A stretch of DNA of 64,000 nt, from positions 96,001 through 160,000 of the forward strand of contig CBDFFH010000015.1 of NCBI GenBank assembly GCA_965246715.1, written 5' to 3'. Below are positions 52,559-63,180 of the stretch, piece after piece. The DNA is from Chamaesiphon sp. (lineage in GTDB: Bacteria; Cyanobacteriota; Cyanobacteriia; Cyanobacteriales; Chamaesiphonaceae). Within the stretch, counting starts at the first letter, position 1. Each line of letters opens with the position of its first letter. Position numbers and translations under genes: made by a program. Below the pieces are notes generated by a model. The model had not been told where the DNA came from, made no database searches, and saw only the letters and a list, made by a program, of their open reading frames with translations.

Positions 52559-53887
52559 ATGGCAAATCAATTTGGACGTAGAAGATTCATCATTTTGGGT
52601 GGAGCTGGGTTAGCAGGCACGATGCTGCTCAAAGCTTGTACCAATCCCGCCTCGACTCCTACAGCTAGTCCGAGTGCATCGCCAACTACTGCCGAAAGTC
52701 CGAGCACCTCACCTGTCGCTGCTAATGGTAACACGGTCAAGGTGGGAATCTTACATTCCCTCAGTGGTACCATGGCAATCAGTGAAAAAAGCGTCGTCGA
52801 TGCCGAACAACTCGCGATCGCGGAAATCAATGCCAAAGGTGGCGTATTAGGCAAGCAAATCGAAGCCATCGTCGAAGATGGTGCGTCTAACTGGGACAAA
52901 TTTGCTGAGAAAGCCAAGAAATTGATCGACCAAGATAAAGTAGCCACTGTCTTTGGTTGCTGGACTTCTGCAAGTAGGAAAGCCGTCTTACCTGTATTTG
53001 AAGAGAAGAAGCACATGCTGTGGTATCCCGTGCAATATGAAGGCCAAGAATGTTCGCAAGACATCTTCTATACGGGTGCGGCACCAAACCAACAAATCGA
53101 ACCTGCGGTTGACTGGTTGTTGCAAAATAAAGGCAAAGAGTTTTTCCTCGTTGGCTCTGACTATGTATTCCCACGCACTGCTAACACCATCATCAAAGCT
53201 CAACTACAAGCTAAAGGTGGTAAAACAGTCGGTGAAGATTACTTACCATTAGGCAACAATGAGGTTACGCCGATTATTGCCAAGATCAAAAAGGCTTTAC
53301 CTAAAGGTGGAGTCATTTTTAATACCCTCAATGGTGATAGTAACGTTGCGTTCTTTAAACAGATGCAAAGTGCTGGTTTAACCGCCGATAAATATCCGGT
53401 AATGTCAGTAAGTGTGGCCGAAGAAGAAGTCAAAGCGATCGGGGTAGAATATCTCAAAGGTCACTATGCTTCGTGGAACTATTTCCAAACCGTTAATACG
53501 CCAGCGAACAAAACTTTTGTTGAAAGCTTCAAGAAGAAATACGGTAACGATCGGGTAGTTAACGATCCGATGGAAGCTGCCTATATCATGGTCTACATGT
53601 GGAAAATGGCCGTCGAAAAAGCGAAGACTACCGAAATCGAAGCTGTGCGTAAAGCAGCCTTGGGCTTAACTTTCGATGCACCAGAAGGTAAAGTTACACT
53701 CGAAAATAACCATCACCTTTCCAAATTCGTTCGCATCGGTGAAATTGGAGCCGACGGAATGTTCAAGATCGTTTCTGAATCCAAAACAGCCGTCAAACCC
53801 ATCCCCTGGAACCAGTATGTAGCTGAAACCAAAGGCTATGCTTGCGACTGGTCAGATCCAGCCAAAGGTGGTAAGTACAAAGGCTAA
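52559..53887 (+). CDS. urtA: Urea ABC transporter substrate-binding lipoprotein
   Basis: GRRRF signal plus LKAC lipobox; [33 protein letters not shown]. Confidence 0.96.
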   Translation: MANQFGRRRFIILGGAGLAGTMLLKACTNPASTPTASPSASPTTAESPSTSPVAANGNTVKVGILHSLSGTMAISEKSVVDAEQLAIAEINAKGGVLGKQIEAIVEDGASNWDKFAEKAKKLIDQDKVATVFGCWTSASRKAVLPVFEEKKHMLWYPVQYEGQECSQDIFYTGAAPNQQIEPAVDWLLQNKGKEFFLVGSDYVFPRTANTIIKAQLQAKGGKTVGEDYLPLGNNEVTPIIAKIKKALPKGGVIFNTLNGDSNVAFFKQMQSAGLTADKYPVMSVSVAEEEVKAIGVEYLKGHYASWNYFQTVNTPANKTFVESFKKKYGNDRVVNDPMEAAYIMVYMWKMAVEKAKTTEIEAVRKAALGLTFDAPEGKVTLENNHHLSKFVRIGEIGADGMFKIVSESKTAVKPIPWNQYVAETKGYACDWSDPAKGGKYKG

Positions 53888-53931
53888 TGAATTATAAGCT
53901 ATGAATTCATAATTCATAGCTTATAGTAATA

Positions 53932-54130
53932 AGTTGTAGGGTGGGCACTGCCCACCACTTAAGTTTTGAGAATATTACCAAACCTAGTTTTTTATTTATT
54001 AAGTAGGTAGTCACGAATATTTGTAATTCAGCAATAGGTTCAAACCCTTTAATAACAAGTTGTAGTTGTAGGGTGGCAGTGCCCACCTCTTAGGATTTGG
54101 GAAATATTACCAAACCTAATTTTTTATCTA
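53932..54130. repeat. Duplicated ~67-bp unit containing the REP-like GTAGGGTGGGCACTGCCCACC
   Basis: Copies at 53932-53998 and 54064-54130. Confidence 0.8.
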
Positions 54131-54210
54131 TATACTTAGCGCAAACTATAAAGAAACAGAATACCCATAATTCCCTAGTCACTATCCACTATTCACTATC
54201 CACTAAAAAA

Positions 54211-55371
54211 GTGCTAACAGGATTATTAGAAGCCATCTTTAATGGCATGAGCATTGGGGCTGTATTGCTCATCTCTGCATTGGGACTCGCGATCGTCTTT
54301 GGTTTGATGGGCGTAATCAATCTCGCACATGGCGAGTTAATGATGTTGGGGGCGTACACCACCTTCGTCGTCCAAAACTTGTTTAAATTGCTCCCTGCGC
54401 CCCTATTTGAGTTTTATATCTTCTTTGCTCTAATTGCTGCTTTTCTGGTCTCCGCCGCTGCGGGATTAGTGTTAGAGCGCGGAGTTATCCGCTTCCTATA
54501 TGGACGACCGTTAGAAACGCTGTTGGCAACTTGGGGCGTGAGTCTGATCCTGCAGCAACTAGTGCGGAGTATTAGTTGGGTGCTGACGATCGCGATTATA
54601 CTCTTCTGTTTGCTATTTTTCGGCGGGATGTCATCGATCAAACGTCGCCCGAATTTCGAGCGGATGCGTACCTTAGCGATCGCAATTTTACTACCACTGT
54701 CGATCGCCATTAGTAGTGTAGTGGGGATCGTACTCAGCCAAAAATTTCAACTTGCCATTACACAGCCGTGGTTTGGTGCCCAAAACGTGGATGTCACCGC
54801 ACCTGCTTGGCTACGAGGCGGATTGCCAATTGGTGATTTTCAATTACCTTACAGTCGGCTATTTATTATGGTAATTACCGCGCTCTGTTTGGTCGGTATC
54901 TATCTATTTTTACAGCGCACCAATTGGGGACTAAGGATTCGTGCCGTCACCCAAAATCGCAATATGAGTGCTTGTTTGGGGATTCCGACCGCTCAGGTTG
55001 ATGCCTTTACATTTGCCCTCGGCTCGGGGTTGGCAGGTATCGCTGGTTGTGCGATTAGTTTGCTAGGCTCTGTCGGGCCGAATACCGGACAAAACTATGT
55101 CGTCGATACCTTTATGGTCGTAGTCGTCGGTGGTGTTGGGAAATTAGTCGGGACGATTATCGCTGCTCTAGGGATCGGTACTGCCAACTACTTAATCGGT
55201 TCTGGCAGTCTTGTATCATTGTTTGCATCCATCCAACCTGTTGCTGATTTCTTCACCTTTTTTGCAACTACTAGTATGGCAAAAGTGATGGTATTTGCCT
55301 TAATTATCACCTTTCTCCAAGTTCGTCCGGGGGGGATATTTCCTCAAAAAGGTCGCAATGTGGAATTATAG
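54211..55371 (+). CDS. urtB: Urea ABC transporter permease
   Basis: ALGLAIVFGLMGVINLAHGE, LYGRPLETLLATWG; likely GTG start at 54211. Confidence 0.94.
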   Translation: MLTGLLEAIFNGMSIGAVLLISALGLAIVFGLMGVINLAHGELMMLGAYTTFVVQNLFKLLPAPLFEFYIFFALIAAFLVSAAAGLVLERGVIRFLYGRPLETLLATWGVSLILQQLVRSISWVLTIAIILFCLLFFGGMSSIKRRPNFERMRTLAIAILLPLSIAISSVVGIVLSQKFQLAITQPWFGAQNVDVTAPAWLRGGLPIGDFQLPYSRLFIMVITALCLVGIYLFLQRTNWGLRIRAVTQNRNMSACLGIPTAQVDAFTFALGSGLAGIAGCAISLLGSVGPNTGQNYVVDTFMVVVVGGVGKLVGTIIAALGIGTANYLIGSGSLVSLFASIQPVADFFTFFATTSMAKVMVFALIITFLQVRPGGIFPQKGRNVEL

Positions 55372-55416
55372 CCACGGTTCTGTGAGGGTAGGTCGATGCA
55401 AATTAATATTGATAAT

Positions 55417-55545
55417 TGCTACTCCCTTCCTGCTCAAAGACTATAGATTAGCTTTTTCTTTATGCCCTCTGCGGTTAAAAAAAGATCTCTGACAGTAATA
55501 GGGTAAAAGTATTATCTATATTTTTCTGGCGAGAAGGGAGTAGCA
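55417..55545. mobile_element. MITE-like / long-hairpin element between urtB and urtC
   Basis: 13-bp perfect IR TGCTACTCCCTTC/GAAGGGAGTAGCA, extending imperfectly to ~40 bp. Confidence 0.6.
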
Positions 55546-55620
55546 TCGCTCGATAAAACCCGACCTCTTGACGCTGCTGAATCGACTAATTATAAAATAC
55601 AAACGATCGATCGCGAATTT

Positions 55621-56748
55621 ATGATAACTATTACATCAAAGAAAAGCCGGGGCAAACCATTACTTGTAGAAGCTGGGATTGTCGGGACGATCGTGTTAAC
55701 GCTAATTTTAGTCGTACCCTGGTTGCTAACTGATTTTCGACTCAGTTTGTTAGGCAGATTTTTAGCACTTTCGATCGCGGCGTTAGGTATCGATCTGATC
55801 TGGGGATATACCGGTCTGCTCAGTCTGGGACACGGAGTATTTTTTGCTCTAGGCGGCTATTTGTTGGCGATGTATCTCAAGTTGCAGATTCCCGCAGATG
55901 CTAGCAATCAACTCCCAGAGTTTATGAACCTCTATGGATTGACTGAGTTACCAGCATTTTGGCAGCCGTTTAATAACTTTGGCTTTACAATTTTTGCGAT
56001 CTTATTTATCCCTACGATTATCGGTGGATTGCTCGGTTATTTAGTCTTTCGTAACCGGATTCGCGGCGTTTATTTTTCGATTCTGACGCAAGCTGCTACC
56101 GTCGTCTTTTTCAACTTCTTTAACGGTCAACAAAAACTATTTAATGGTACCAACGGTCTGACTGACTTCAAAACGATCCTCGGTGCTGATGTCAATCGAT
56201 ATCAATTTACATTTTATATTCTGACGATCGTTTTTCTAGTTTTAGCTTATGTACTCTGCCGCTGGTTGACGAGCGGGAGATTTGGCAATCTTTTAGTTGC
56301 CATTCGCGATGACGAAAATCGGTTGAGATTTTCTGGCTATAATCCGACTGGATTTAAAGTTATCGTCTTTGCTGTTTCTGCCGCACTCGCGGCAATTGGG
56401 GGAGCATTCTATACCATTCAAACCGGAAGAGTTTCCCCTCAACTAATGGATATCGGCTTCTCGATCGAAATGGTCATTTGGGTGGCAGCAGGCGGTCGTG
56501 CGACCCTGATCGGCGCAATTTTGGGTACTTTACTAGTTAACTTTGCCAAAAGCTTACTCAGCGAACAATTTCCAGAAGTTTGGCTATTTTTTCAAGGGGC
56601 GTTATTCTTACTAGTTGTAACGGTATTGCCCGACGGTATTGTCGGTCTCAAGAAACTATTTCAACGTCAAAGAGCGGTTGTTAATACATATCCAGATATC
56701 GATTTAGATCCAGAGGTACAAAGTGAACGAGAGCATCTTGGCAACTGA
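55621..56748 (+). CDS. urtC: Urea ABC transporter permease
   Basis: DLIWGYTGLLSLGHG, RIRGVYFSILTQA, AIRDDENRLRFSGY. Confidence 0.94.
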   Translation: MITITSKKSRGKPLLVEAGIVGTIVLTLILVVPWLLTDFRLSLLGRFLALSIAALGIDLIWGYTGLLSLGHGVFFALGGYLLAMYLKLQIPADASNQLPEFMNLYGLTELPAFWQPFNNFGFTIFAILFIPTIIGGLLGYLVFRNRIRGVYFSILTQAATVVFFNFFNGQQKLFNGTNGLTDFKTILGADVNRYQFTFYILTIVFLVLAYVLCRWLTSGRFGNLLVAIRDDENRLRFSGYNPTGFKVIVFAVSAALAAIGGAFYTIQTGRVSPQLMDIGFSIEMVIWVAAGGRATLIGAILGTLLVNFAKSLLSEQFPEVWLFFQGALFLLVVTVLPDGIVGLKKLFQRQRAVVNTYPDIDLDPEVQSEREHLGN

Positions 56749-57466
56749 AAATTTAACTAAAGATTTTGATGGATTTAAGGCTATTAATAATCTCAATTTT
56801 AGCATGGCTCCTGGAGAGCTGCGGGTAGTTATCGGCCCGAATGGTGCTGGCAAAACCACATTTCTCGACTTAATTACGGGCAAGGTTAAACCAACCACCG
56901 GACAGGTTTTATTTAAAGGTAAAAATCTGTTGCGCTATTCGGAAGAACAAATTTCGCGATTGGGCATCGGGCGGAAGTTCCAAACCCCAAGAGTGTATCT
57001 CAATCTCACCGCCAGAGAAAACTTAGAACTAGCGGCAAATCGGACTAAAGATGTCTGGGGCACATTATTTAAAAAACTATCGAAGTCAGAACGCGATCGA
57101 GTGGGTATATTATTAGAAACGATCGGCTTGATCTCCAAAGCCGATCGGTTGGCTGATTTGCTCTCCCACGGCGAAAAGCAACGGTTGGAAATCGGGATGC
57201 TAGTCGCTCAATCGCCAGACTTATTACTAGTTGATGAACCTGTTGCTGGGTTGACAGATGAAGAGACTGAAAATGTTGGAAATTTACTACTTACATTATC
57301 TGAAAGTCACGCAATTTTAGTAATCGAACATGACATGGAATTTGTTCGACAAATCGCGAGAAAAGTTACGGTTTTACATGAAGGAACGGTACTCTGCGAA
57401 GGATCGATCGATGAAGTTCAACACGATCCGAGAGTCATTGAAGTGTACCTCGGGCAACCGCAGTAA
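56723..57466 (+). CDS. urtD: Urea ABC transporter ATPase
   Basis: IGPNGAGKTT, GRKFQTP, LSHGEKQRLEIGM. Confidence 0.95.
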   Translation: MNESILATENLTKDFDGFKAINNLNFSMAPGELRVVIGPNGAGKTTFLDLITGKVKPTTGQVLFKGKNLLRYSEEQISRLGIGRKFQTPRVYLNLTARENLELAANRTKDVWGTLFKKLSKSERDRVGILLETIGLISKADRLADLLSHGEKQRLEIGMLVAQSPDLLLVDEPVAGLTDEETENVGNLLLTLSESHAILVIEHDMEFVRQIARKVTVLHEGTVLCEGSIDEVQHDPRVIEVYLGQPQ

Positions 57467-57513
57467 ATTAATAATTCTTATATCCTTATCCTCTATTCAT
57501 TAGCCACTAAATT

Positions 57514-58212
57514 ATGCTCGAAATCTCCAATCTCAACGTTTACTATGGCGAGAGTCATATTCTACGTAATGTCGATTTACACGTTCCAGCAGGAAAGATT
57601 GTATGTCTGATCGGCAGAAATGGCGTAGGTAAGACTACATTAATGAAAAGTATCATCGGCTTACTTACCCCCCGCACTGGTGAAATTATCCTTGACGGCG
57701 AGAGAATTAACGATCGATCTCCCGATCTGCGTGCCAGAAAGGGGATCGGATATGTCCCCCAAGGACGAGAAATTATTTCCCGATTGACTGTAGAAGAAAA
57801 CCTCCTGCTCGGATTAGAAGCGCGGCGTAACAGTCATCGCTCGACCAAAATTCCCCAGGATATTTTTGAACTATTTCCAGTGTTAAAGACCATGCTCTCC
57901 CGAATGGGTGGCGACTTGAGCGGGGGACAACAGCAGCAATTAGCCATCGCCCGCGCGCTGATGGGCAAACCCCGTTTACTCGTCTTGGACGAACCTACAG
58001 AAGGCATCCAGCCCTCGATTATCTTGGATATCGAGGCAGCAGTAAAGCGAGTAGTCGAGACTACGGGAGTATCGGTATTGCTGGTGGAACAACATTTGCA
58101 CTTTGTGAGACAAGCTGACAGTTATTATGCAATGCAAAAGGGTGGCATTGTAGCTTCGGGGGCGACTAGTGAATTGAGCCAGGATGTGATTCAACGCTTT
58201 TTAGCGGTGTAA
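57514..58212 (+). CDS. urtE: Urea ABC transporter ATPase
   Basis: GRNGVGKTT, YVPQGREI, LSGGQQQQLAIARAL, DEPTEGIQPSI. Confidence 0.95.
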   Translation: MLEISNLNVYYGESHILRNVDLHVPAGKIVCLIGRNGVGKTTLMKSIIGLLTPRTGEIILDGERINDRSPDLRARKGIGYVPQGREIISRLTVEENLLLGLEARRNSHRSTKIPQDIFELFPVLKTMLSRMGGDLSGGQQQQLAIARALMGKPRLLVLDEPTEGIQPSIILDIEAAVKRVVETTGVSVLLVEQHLHFVRQADSYYAMQKGGIVASGATSELSQDVIQRFLAV

Positions 58213-58486
58213 CTCGGACAAATGACACTTGAATAACGCCCTCTCAGCCAACGGATACCATCACCTGTAGCCAATTGACCTTGACAATCGGTAGATAACC
58301 CGTGTTATTTGAAGTATTTTGAGACAAATATTGATAAGTTTTAATAATTAAAAAAAGTCGATCTAACGTAGCTACTGACTAGTAATTAGTATAAAAATTT
58401 TAAAGTTTCAAGATTCGGTTTTCCCACCACAATGGTGACAGTCATAGGTGACAATAAGAAGGTTAGACCTGAGAAATTGGATTAAT

Positions 58487-59014
58487 ATGGAAGCAACCAC
58501 GATCGTTTCTAAATGGCGTAAAGCCCTAATGCCGATCTTATTATCGGCAGTCTTGCTCTTCTCTGCATGTTCGAGTAAAGCACCCTCACCCTACGCTCAA
58601 ACTCAAAAAGAGACTTCCGGCAGAAACGCTCCCGCCGCCGTCGCCAAGAATGCCGAAGCTGGTGGCGATTTTAATAAATTCTTCCCTCAAGGTAGTGCTG
58701 GCTACTCCCGTGTATTCTCCCAAGAGAAGAAAGGCTTTGCTGAAGCTAAGCTAAATAAGGCCGGGAAAAATGTCGCTGTTCTCTCGATCAGTGACACGAT
58801 TAGCCTCCCCGCTGCGGCTAAGAAATATGAAAATAGTATCAGCAAACTCAATAACTATCCACTGATAGATAACACTCAGCTCAAAAGTACTTCGGTATTA
58901 GTCAATAACCGTTACCAAGTTAAAGTAGCCTCTCGCGATCCTTCATTTACGGCTGAAGATCGTCAAATGTGGCTTCAAAAGTTTAACCTCGGCGGATTAT
59001 CCACACTCAAGTAG
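58487..59014 (+). CDS. Hypothetical lipoprotein
   Basis: LLFSAC lipobox; FNKFFP..QEKKGFAEAKL; likely start MEATT at 58487. Confidence 0.75.
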   Translation: MEATTIVSKWRKALMPILLSAVLLFSACSSKAPSPYAQTQKETSGRNAPAAVAKNAEAGGDFNKFFPQGSAGYSRVFSQEKKGFAEAKLNKAGKNVAVLSISDTISLPAAAKKYENSISKLNNYPLIDNTQLKSTSVLVNNRYQVKVASRDPSFTAEDRQMWLQKFNLGGLSTLK

Positions 59015-59050
59015 TCGCTTAATAATTGTAATTATCTTCAGGAGTCAACT

Positions 59051-59938
59051 GTGAGCAAAGCAATTTTTGAACTAGTAGACGAGTTGCCCACTGGGGGATT
59101 GACCGTCATGTCATTGAATGCCTTGGATTTCGTCATCCCCGGACAATGGCAGAATATCGTTGGCTTCGACAACACCATTAAAATCGTGACTGGCACTGAC
59201 GACCCCGACTATATTCAAGCGATCGGCGAACGCGCGGTAGCTTTATATAATGACAAAGGCGAAGGTTATCAAACTGCCATGTGGCTCTACAACACTGTAG
59301 ACTCCGGCTCCAGCGCCCTCGGTGCAGCAGCAATGGCCAATAAACTCGGCGAAAGTTTCTCGATGTTGGGCTTTTTGGGAAATATTACCCCCAAAGCCGA
59401 AACCGCCCAAACGATCGACCTCAGCGTCAAATTAGTCGCGGAAATCGTGGCATTCTGCCAGATCAACGGTATTCCTGGCGATAGCGTTGGTGACTTCCTC
59501 GCCGCACTCGGCGACTACGGCGGCGAATCCCTGATGCGGATGTGCGCGTTGATTTGTTTCGATGGCTTGATCCCGCTCGGCCCCGATTTTATCGGTATGG
59601 TGACGGATAAAATGGGTGGCATGAGTCCCAAGGAGCTAGAAGGCAACCAAACCTTCAAAGGCATCAAAGACCAAATTCCTGGCGGCGATACGGGCGGACA
59701 ACTGGGCTTTATTACCCAAAGTTTTGGTTCTGTCAGCGGTTGGATGAGCGATTTTGTAACTTCGCGTGGTTTGACCCCCGAATCAGTTGTCGGCAATCTC
59801 CGCAACTTTGTGGACATTACGGATGATAAATTAGATTATCTGGGCGCATTCCTCGATGTGAGTACCAATTATTATGCGCATACTGGTACTCAGACGCTAG
59901 CCAGACGATTGATCGAGCGGGCTGCTGCTGAAATGTAG
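59051..59938 (+). CDS. Conserved hypothetical protein (acidic, helical)
   Basis: 295-aa ORF with an AGGAG RBS, 36 nt after the lipoprotein gene. Confidence 0.8.
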   Translation: MSKAIFELVDELPTGGLTVMSLNALDFVIPGQWQNIVGFDNTIKIVTGTDDPDYIQAIGERAVALYNDKGEGYQTAMWLYNTVDSGSSALGAAAMANKLGESFSMLGFLGNITPKAETAQTIDLSVKLVAEIVAFCQINGIPGDSVGDFLAALGDYGGESLMRMCALICFDGLIPLGPDFIGMVTDKMGGMSPKELEGNQTFKGIKDQIPGGDTGGQLGFITQSFGSVSGWMSDFVTSRGLTPESVVGNLRNFVDITDDKLDYLGAFLDVSTNYYAHTGTQTLARRLIERAAAEM

Positions 59939-60057
59939 AAATCTGGCGATCGCTCGTGATGGGCGATCTCGGATTGGGGGATATCCTGCTGGGATACCCC
60001 TTCACATTTAAATATCGATCCGATTCATTATCCAGTGCCAGCAGTTTCTCAAAGATC

Positions 60058-60816
60058 GTGCAACGTATAACCATAAGCCCCGCCCAAATTCAGCAAAACT
60101 CGATCGATCTTACTCCCGAACAACATCACTATCTCACCCGTGTTATTCGCCTCCACAACGGCTCCAAGTTTCAGGCGATCGATGGTACTGGAAATCTCTA
60201 CCTCGCCGAACTAACTGGCAATACTGCCCAGATTATCGAACTAATTACCAGCCAAGATTTGGGACTCCCCCAAACAGTTACCCTCATTTGTGCCCTACCC
60301 AAAGGCAATAACTTCGACGATATCGTCCGCGCTTGCACCGAACTCGGCGTAACCGAAATCATCCCGGCCATCAGCGATCGCACCCTGCTCCAACCGAGTC
60401 CCCAAAAGCTCCAAAGATGGCGCAAAATCGCCCAAGAAGCCACCGAACAGTCCGAACACCTCACAATTCCGACGATCGCCGAACCACAATCGCTCCAGGC
60501 TATTTTTGCCCAACTTCCAGATCGGAGTCATAAATATCTCTGCGAAGCACGCGGCGAACAGCCACACCTGCTGACCTGTCTGCAATCTGACCCATCCGAT
60601 CGCCCAATTATTATCGCGATCGGGCCTGAAGGCGGCTGGACGGCTGAAGAAATCGATTTGGCACTCCAACATGAATTTAAATTAGTATCATTGGGTAAGC
60701 AAATTCTGCGGACGATCACTGCTCCAATAGTGGCATTATCGATCGTCTCTGCTGTCGCAAACACAACACCCACAGACATATCTGGTTTCAGCAATAATGA
60801 TGTATCGAGTGGGTAA
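60058..60816 (+). CDS. rsmE: 16S rRNA m3U1498 methyltransferase
   Basis: HHYLTRVIRL, TELGV, EATEQS, IAIGPEGGWT..E, LGKQILRTITA; likely GTG start at 60058. Confidence 0.92.
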   Translation: MQRITISPAQIQQNSIDLTPEQHHYLTRVIRLHNGSKFQAIDGTGNLYLAELTGNTAQIIELITSQDLGLPQTVTLICALPKGNNFDDIVRACTELGVTEIIPAISDRTLLQPSPQKLQRWRKIAQEATEQSEHLTIPTIAEPQSLQAIFAQLPDRSHKYLCEARGEQPHLLTCLQSDPSDRPIIIAIGPEGGWTAEEIDLALQHEFKLVSLGKQILRTITAPIVALSIVSAVANTTPTDISGFSNNDVSSG

Positions 60817-60857
60817 AGCCATCCCATAGAATGGAGACAATGATCGCCTGTAAACCA

Positions 60858-61002
60858 ATTTTGGATTTTGGATTAACCCTATACCTGAAGGCAGGATCTT
60901 TAATTAAAAAATTTAGACTTTGAATTTATTCTACGAATTAATTCGGGAGATTGAAGCCTGTTTAGATTTTAGATTGCAAATCATCAATCCAAAATCCAAA
61001 AT
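60858..61002. repeat. Element bounded by inverted heptamer repeats
   Basis: 17-bp perfect IR ATTTTGGATTTTGGATT / AATCCAAAATCCAAAAT. Confidence 0.65.
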
Positions 61003-61045
61003 CCGATCGAGAATTGAAAAATTGCCCCATTTAACAAATCGATGT

Positions 61046-61639
61046 ATGGACAACCTATTTAAATCCAACTACTTCTGGTTGTTTTACTCGATTAGCCTCA
61101 CCTTATTTTCGTTTAGCCTATTTTTACAATGGGGGCTGATGGTGGGGATGCTATTCCTGATCTTTTTCTGTTTTCGCTGGACTCGATTAGAGACAGACCT
61201 TTCGCTCGTGCAATGGCGTAGTTATCTCTTGGCAATCTTTTTATATCCACCTGCTGAAACGACTATTATACTGCTCCGCATCAAAGGCAAGATGCCCCAA
61301 GATTTCGATCTAATCAATCGTGGGGAGCATTTTTGTTGGGCGATCGCGTTGATATTCTTTTTTCTACCATTAATTGCGGGATTTTGGAAGTCACTTAACG
61401 GTTGGCAGAATCTGATTTTTATTCTTGGCTTTGTTTGTTTGTTGGGAAATTTTAATGAGTTTCTAGAATATCTCTTCCGCATCCAACCATCATCGAGAGA
61501 TAACGCATTATTCGCTTCCTTTTATCACGATACGATTCTCGATATGACGATGAATTTATTGGGGGGATTGGTGGGATTTGCGATCTTGACGCGACTATTT
61601 GCCAAACCTCGATCGGCTCAGATTGCGATCGATCGTTAG
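61046..61639 (+). CDS. Polytopic membrane protein (DUF2238/VanZ-like motifs)
   Basis: About 6 TMs with EH, NEFLEY and DT..D...N..G motifs; likely start MDNLF at 61046. Confidence 0.65.
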   Translation: MDNLFKSNYFWLFYSISLTLFSFSLFLQWGLMVGMLFLIFFCFRWTRLETDLSLVQWRSYLLAIFLYPPAETTIILLRIKGKMPQDFDLINRGEHFCWAIALIFFFLPLIAGFWKSLNGWQNLIFILGFVCLLGNFNEFLEYLFRIQPSSRDNALFASFYHDTILDMTMNLLGGLVGFAILTRLFAKPRSAQIAIDR

Positions 61640-61669
61640 TAATTAAAGTCTACTCTGACAAAAATAATA

Positions 61670-62962
61670 TTACCTGAAACTATTTAACGCAGGGGAGTTC
61701 GTTTGCAGTACGCGTTCGACAATATCCGCAGCATACTTAACTCCTCCTGCCCGATCGATCGCTACACTTAATTTCTGGGCATTATCACGATAACTACGCT
61801 CTGTGAGTACCCGATCGATCGCTAGTCGCAATTTTGGTACATTCAGCTTGGCTAGGGGAACTACTTCACCCGCACCAGCTCGTGCGACTCTAGCTGCCAT
61901 CCCTGGCTGATCGGTGGTAATCGGAATGGCAACCATCGGCACGCCACTACTCAAACAACTTACTGCCGTGCTACCTGCATGAGTAATTACCAAGTCAGCA
62001 CGGTTAATCAATTGCTGATGGGGTGGAAATGCAACTACTAGTGGGTTGCCAGGAAAATCCGTCTGTGCGGGATCTGCATTGGGATTTCCGAGCGAAATGA
62101 CTAACTGGGCATCGATCTCCAGACAGGCTGTAGCAATGCACCGAAAAATCTCCCAATTGTGGCTTTGCAAAGTGCCTAGATTTGCATATATTAACCGTTT
62201 ACCGTTGAGTTTTTCCCATGGAAAATCCTGCCGATCTAATGAAACAGGCTCTAGATCCGCAGGACTTTTCAGCAACCCTACGTAGTGAAACCAGGGGACG
62301 AGTCGTTCGCGGGGAAAATCGAGTTCCTGTGGCAACTGAGCGATTTGAGCGAGTTGCGAATAGCCATCGTCTCGGTTTTGGTGTGGTGGCAATTGCCACA
62401 ATTGCCGCTGCCGCACCAGTACATCCCAAATCGATCGGGTAAGATAAGCGAGTAGAGAGTGACCCAATTGATTTCTGCGTCTAGCCCACCAGACATTTTC
62501 ATAACTCCAGGAAGTAAAATTAGGTGGGACTCCAGGTTCGCGATTTATCGGTAATGCGTTGCAAACTGTGATAAACGGTAAGTTTAGGTAATCGGCGATG
62601 GTGCCCCCAGCATTTGTGAGCTGATCCACCAGCAGTAAGTCGATCCCAGCCTGCCGAATCGCTTCAGGAGCATCGCGGAACAACATCTTCGCTTCCCGCT
62701 CGAAAAACTCAATGGCAAATTTCAATCCTGCCAATCCGGTCAAGCGTCCTAGTTCTGCGTACATCGTTGCGATGCTACCAGGCGGGAAATCGCTAGCCCC
62801 AATTTCATAAAATTCTAAGTTGGATCGATCGATTTTTTCGGCTACTTCTGGCACACCAAACAATGTAACTTTGTGACCGCGCCGCATTAGCTCCATCCCC
62901 AAGTTGCACATGGGGTTGAGATGTCCGATCGCTCCAGGGCACAAAATACCAATGTTAGACAT
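61670..62962 (-). CDS. Family 1 (MGT/CrtX-like) UDP-glycosyltransferase
   Basis: GHLNP, LLLVDQ, YANLGTLQ, VITHAG, GVPMVAIPITTDQPG.AAR. Confidence 0.9.
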   Translation of the reverse strand: MSNIGILCPGAIGHLNPMCNLGMELMRRGHKVTLFGVPEVAEKIDRSNLEFYEIGASDFPPGSIATMYAELGRLTGLAGLKFAIEFFEREAKMLFRDAPEAIRQAGIDLLLVDQLTNAGGTIADYLNLPFITVCNALPINREPGVPPNFTSWSYENVWWARRRNQLGHSLLAYLTRSIWDVLVRQRQLWQLPPHQNRDDGYSQLAQIAQLPQELDFPRERLVPWFHYVGLLKSPADLEPVSLDRQDFPWEKLNGKRLIYANLGTLQSHNWEIFRCIATACLEIDAQLVISLGNPNADPAQTDFPGNPLVVAFPPHQQLINRADLVITHAGSTAVSCLSSGVPMVAIPITTDQPGMAARVARAGAGEVVPLAKLNVPKLRLAIDRVLTERSYRDNAQKLSVAIDRAGGVKYAADIVERVLQTNSPALNSFR

Positions 62963-63180
62963 GCTGATTTAGTGTTTGAGAGAGCATTTCGATTAGTATC
63001 CGATCGATTTTGACTACTGCCATTATCGGCCTTTAATGGCTGCAAAGATTGATTTTGGTTACAGCAAGATCGTTGCTGTCGAAGTAAACACCACACCCGT
63101 CCCCAAGTGTTGATATAATAGCGACCTTCAGGTGGTGTAGTCACCCCGATACTCGTCCATCGCTGAAACAGGGTGCCAAG

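Noticed and set aside
52335..61045. N-terminal extensions in the ORF track for the PfkB kinase, urtB, rsmE and the 60920 ORF
   Set aside because: The extensions run through repeats or intergenic DNA; downstream starts fit the family N-termini better.
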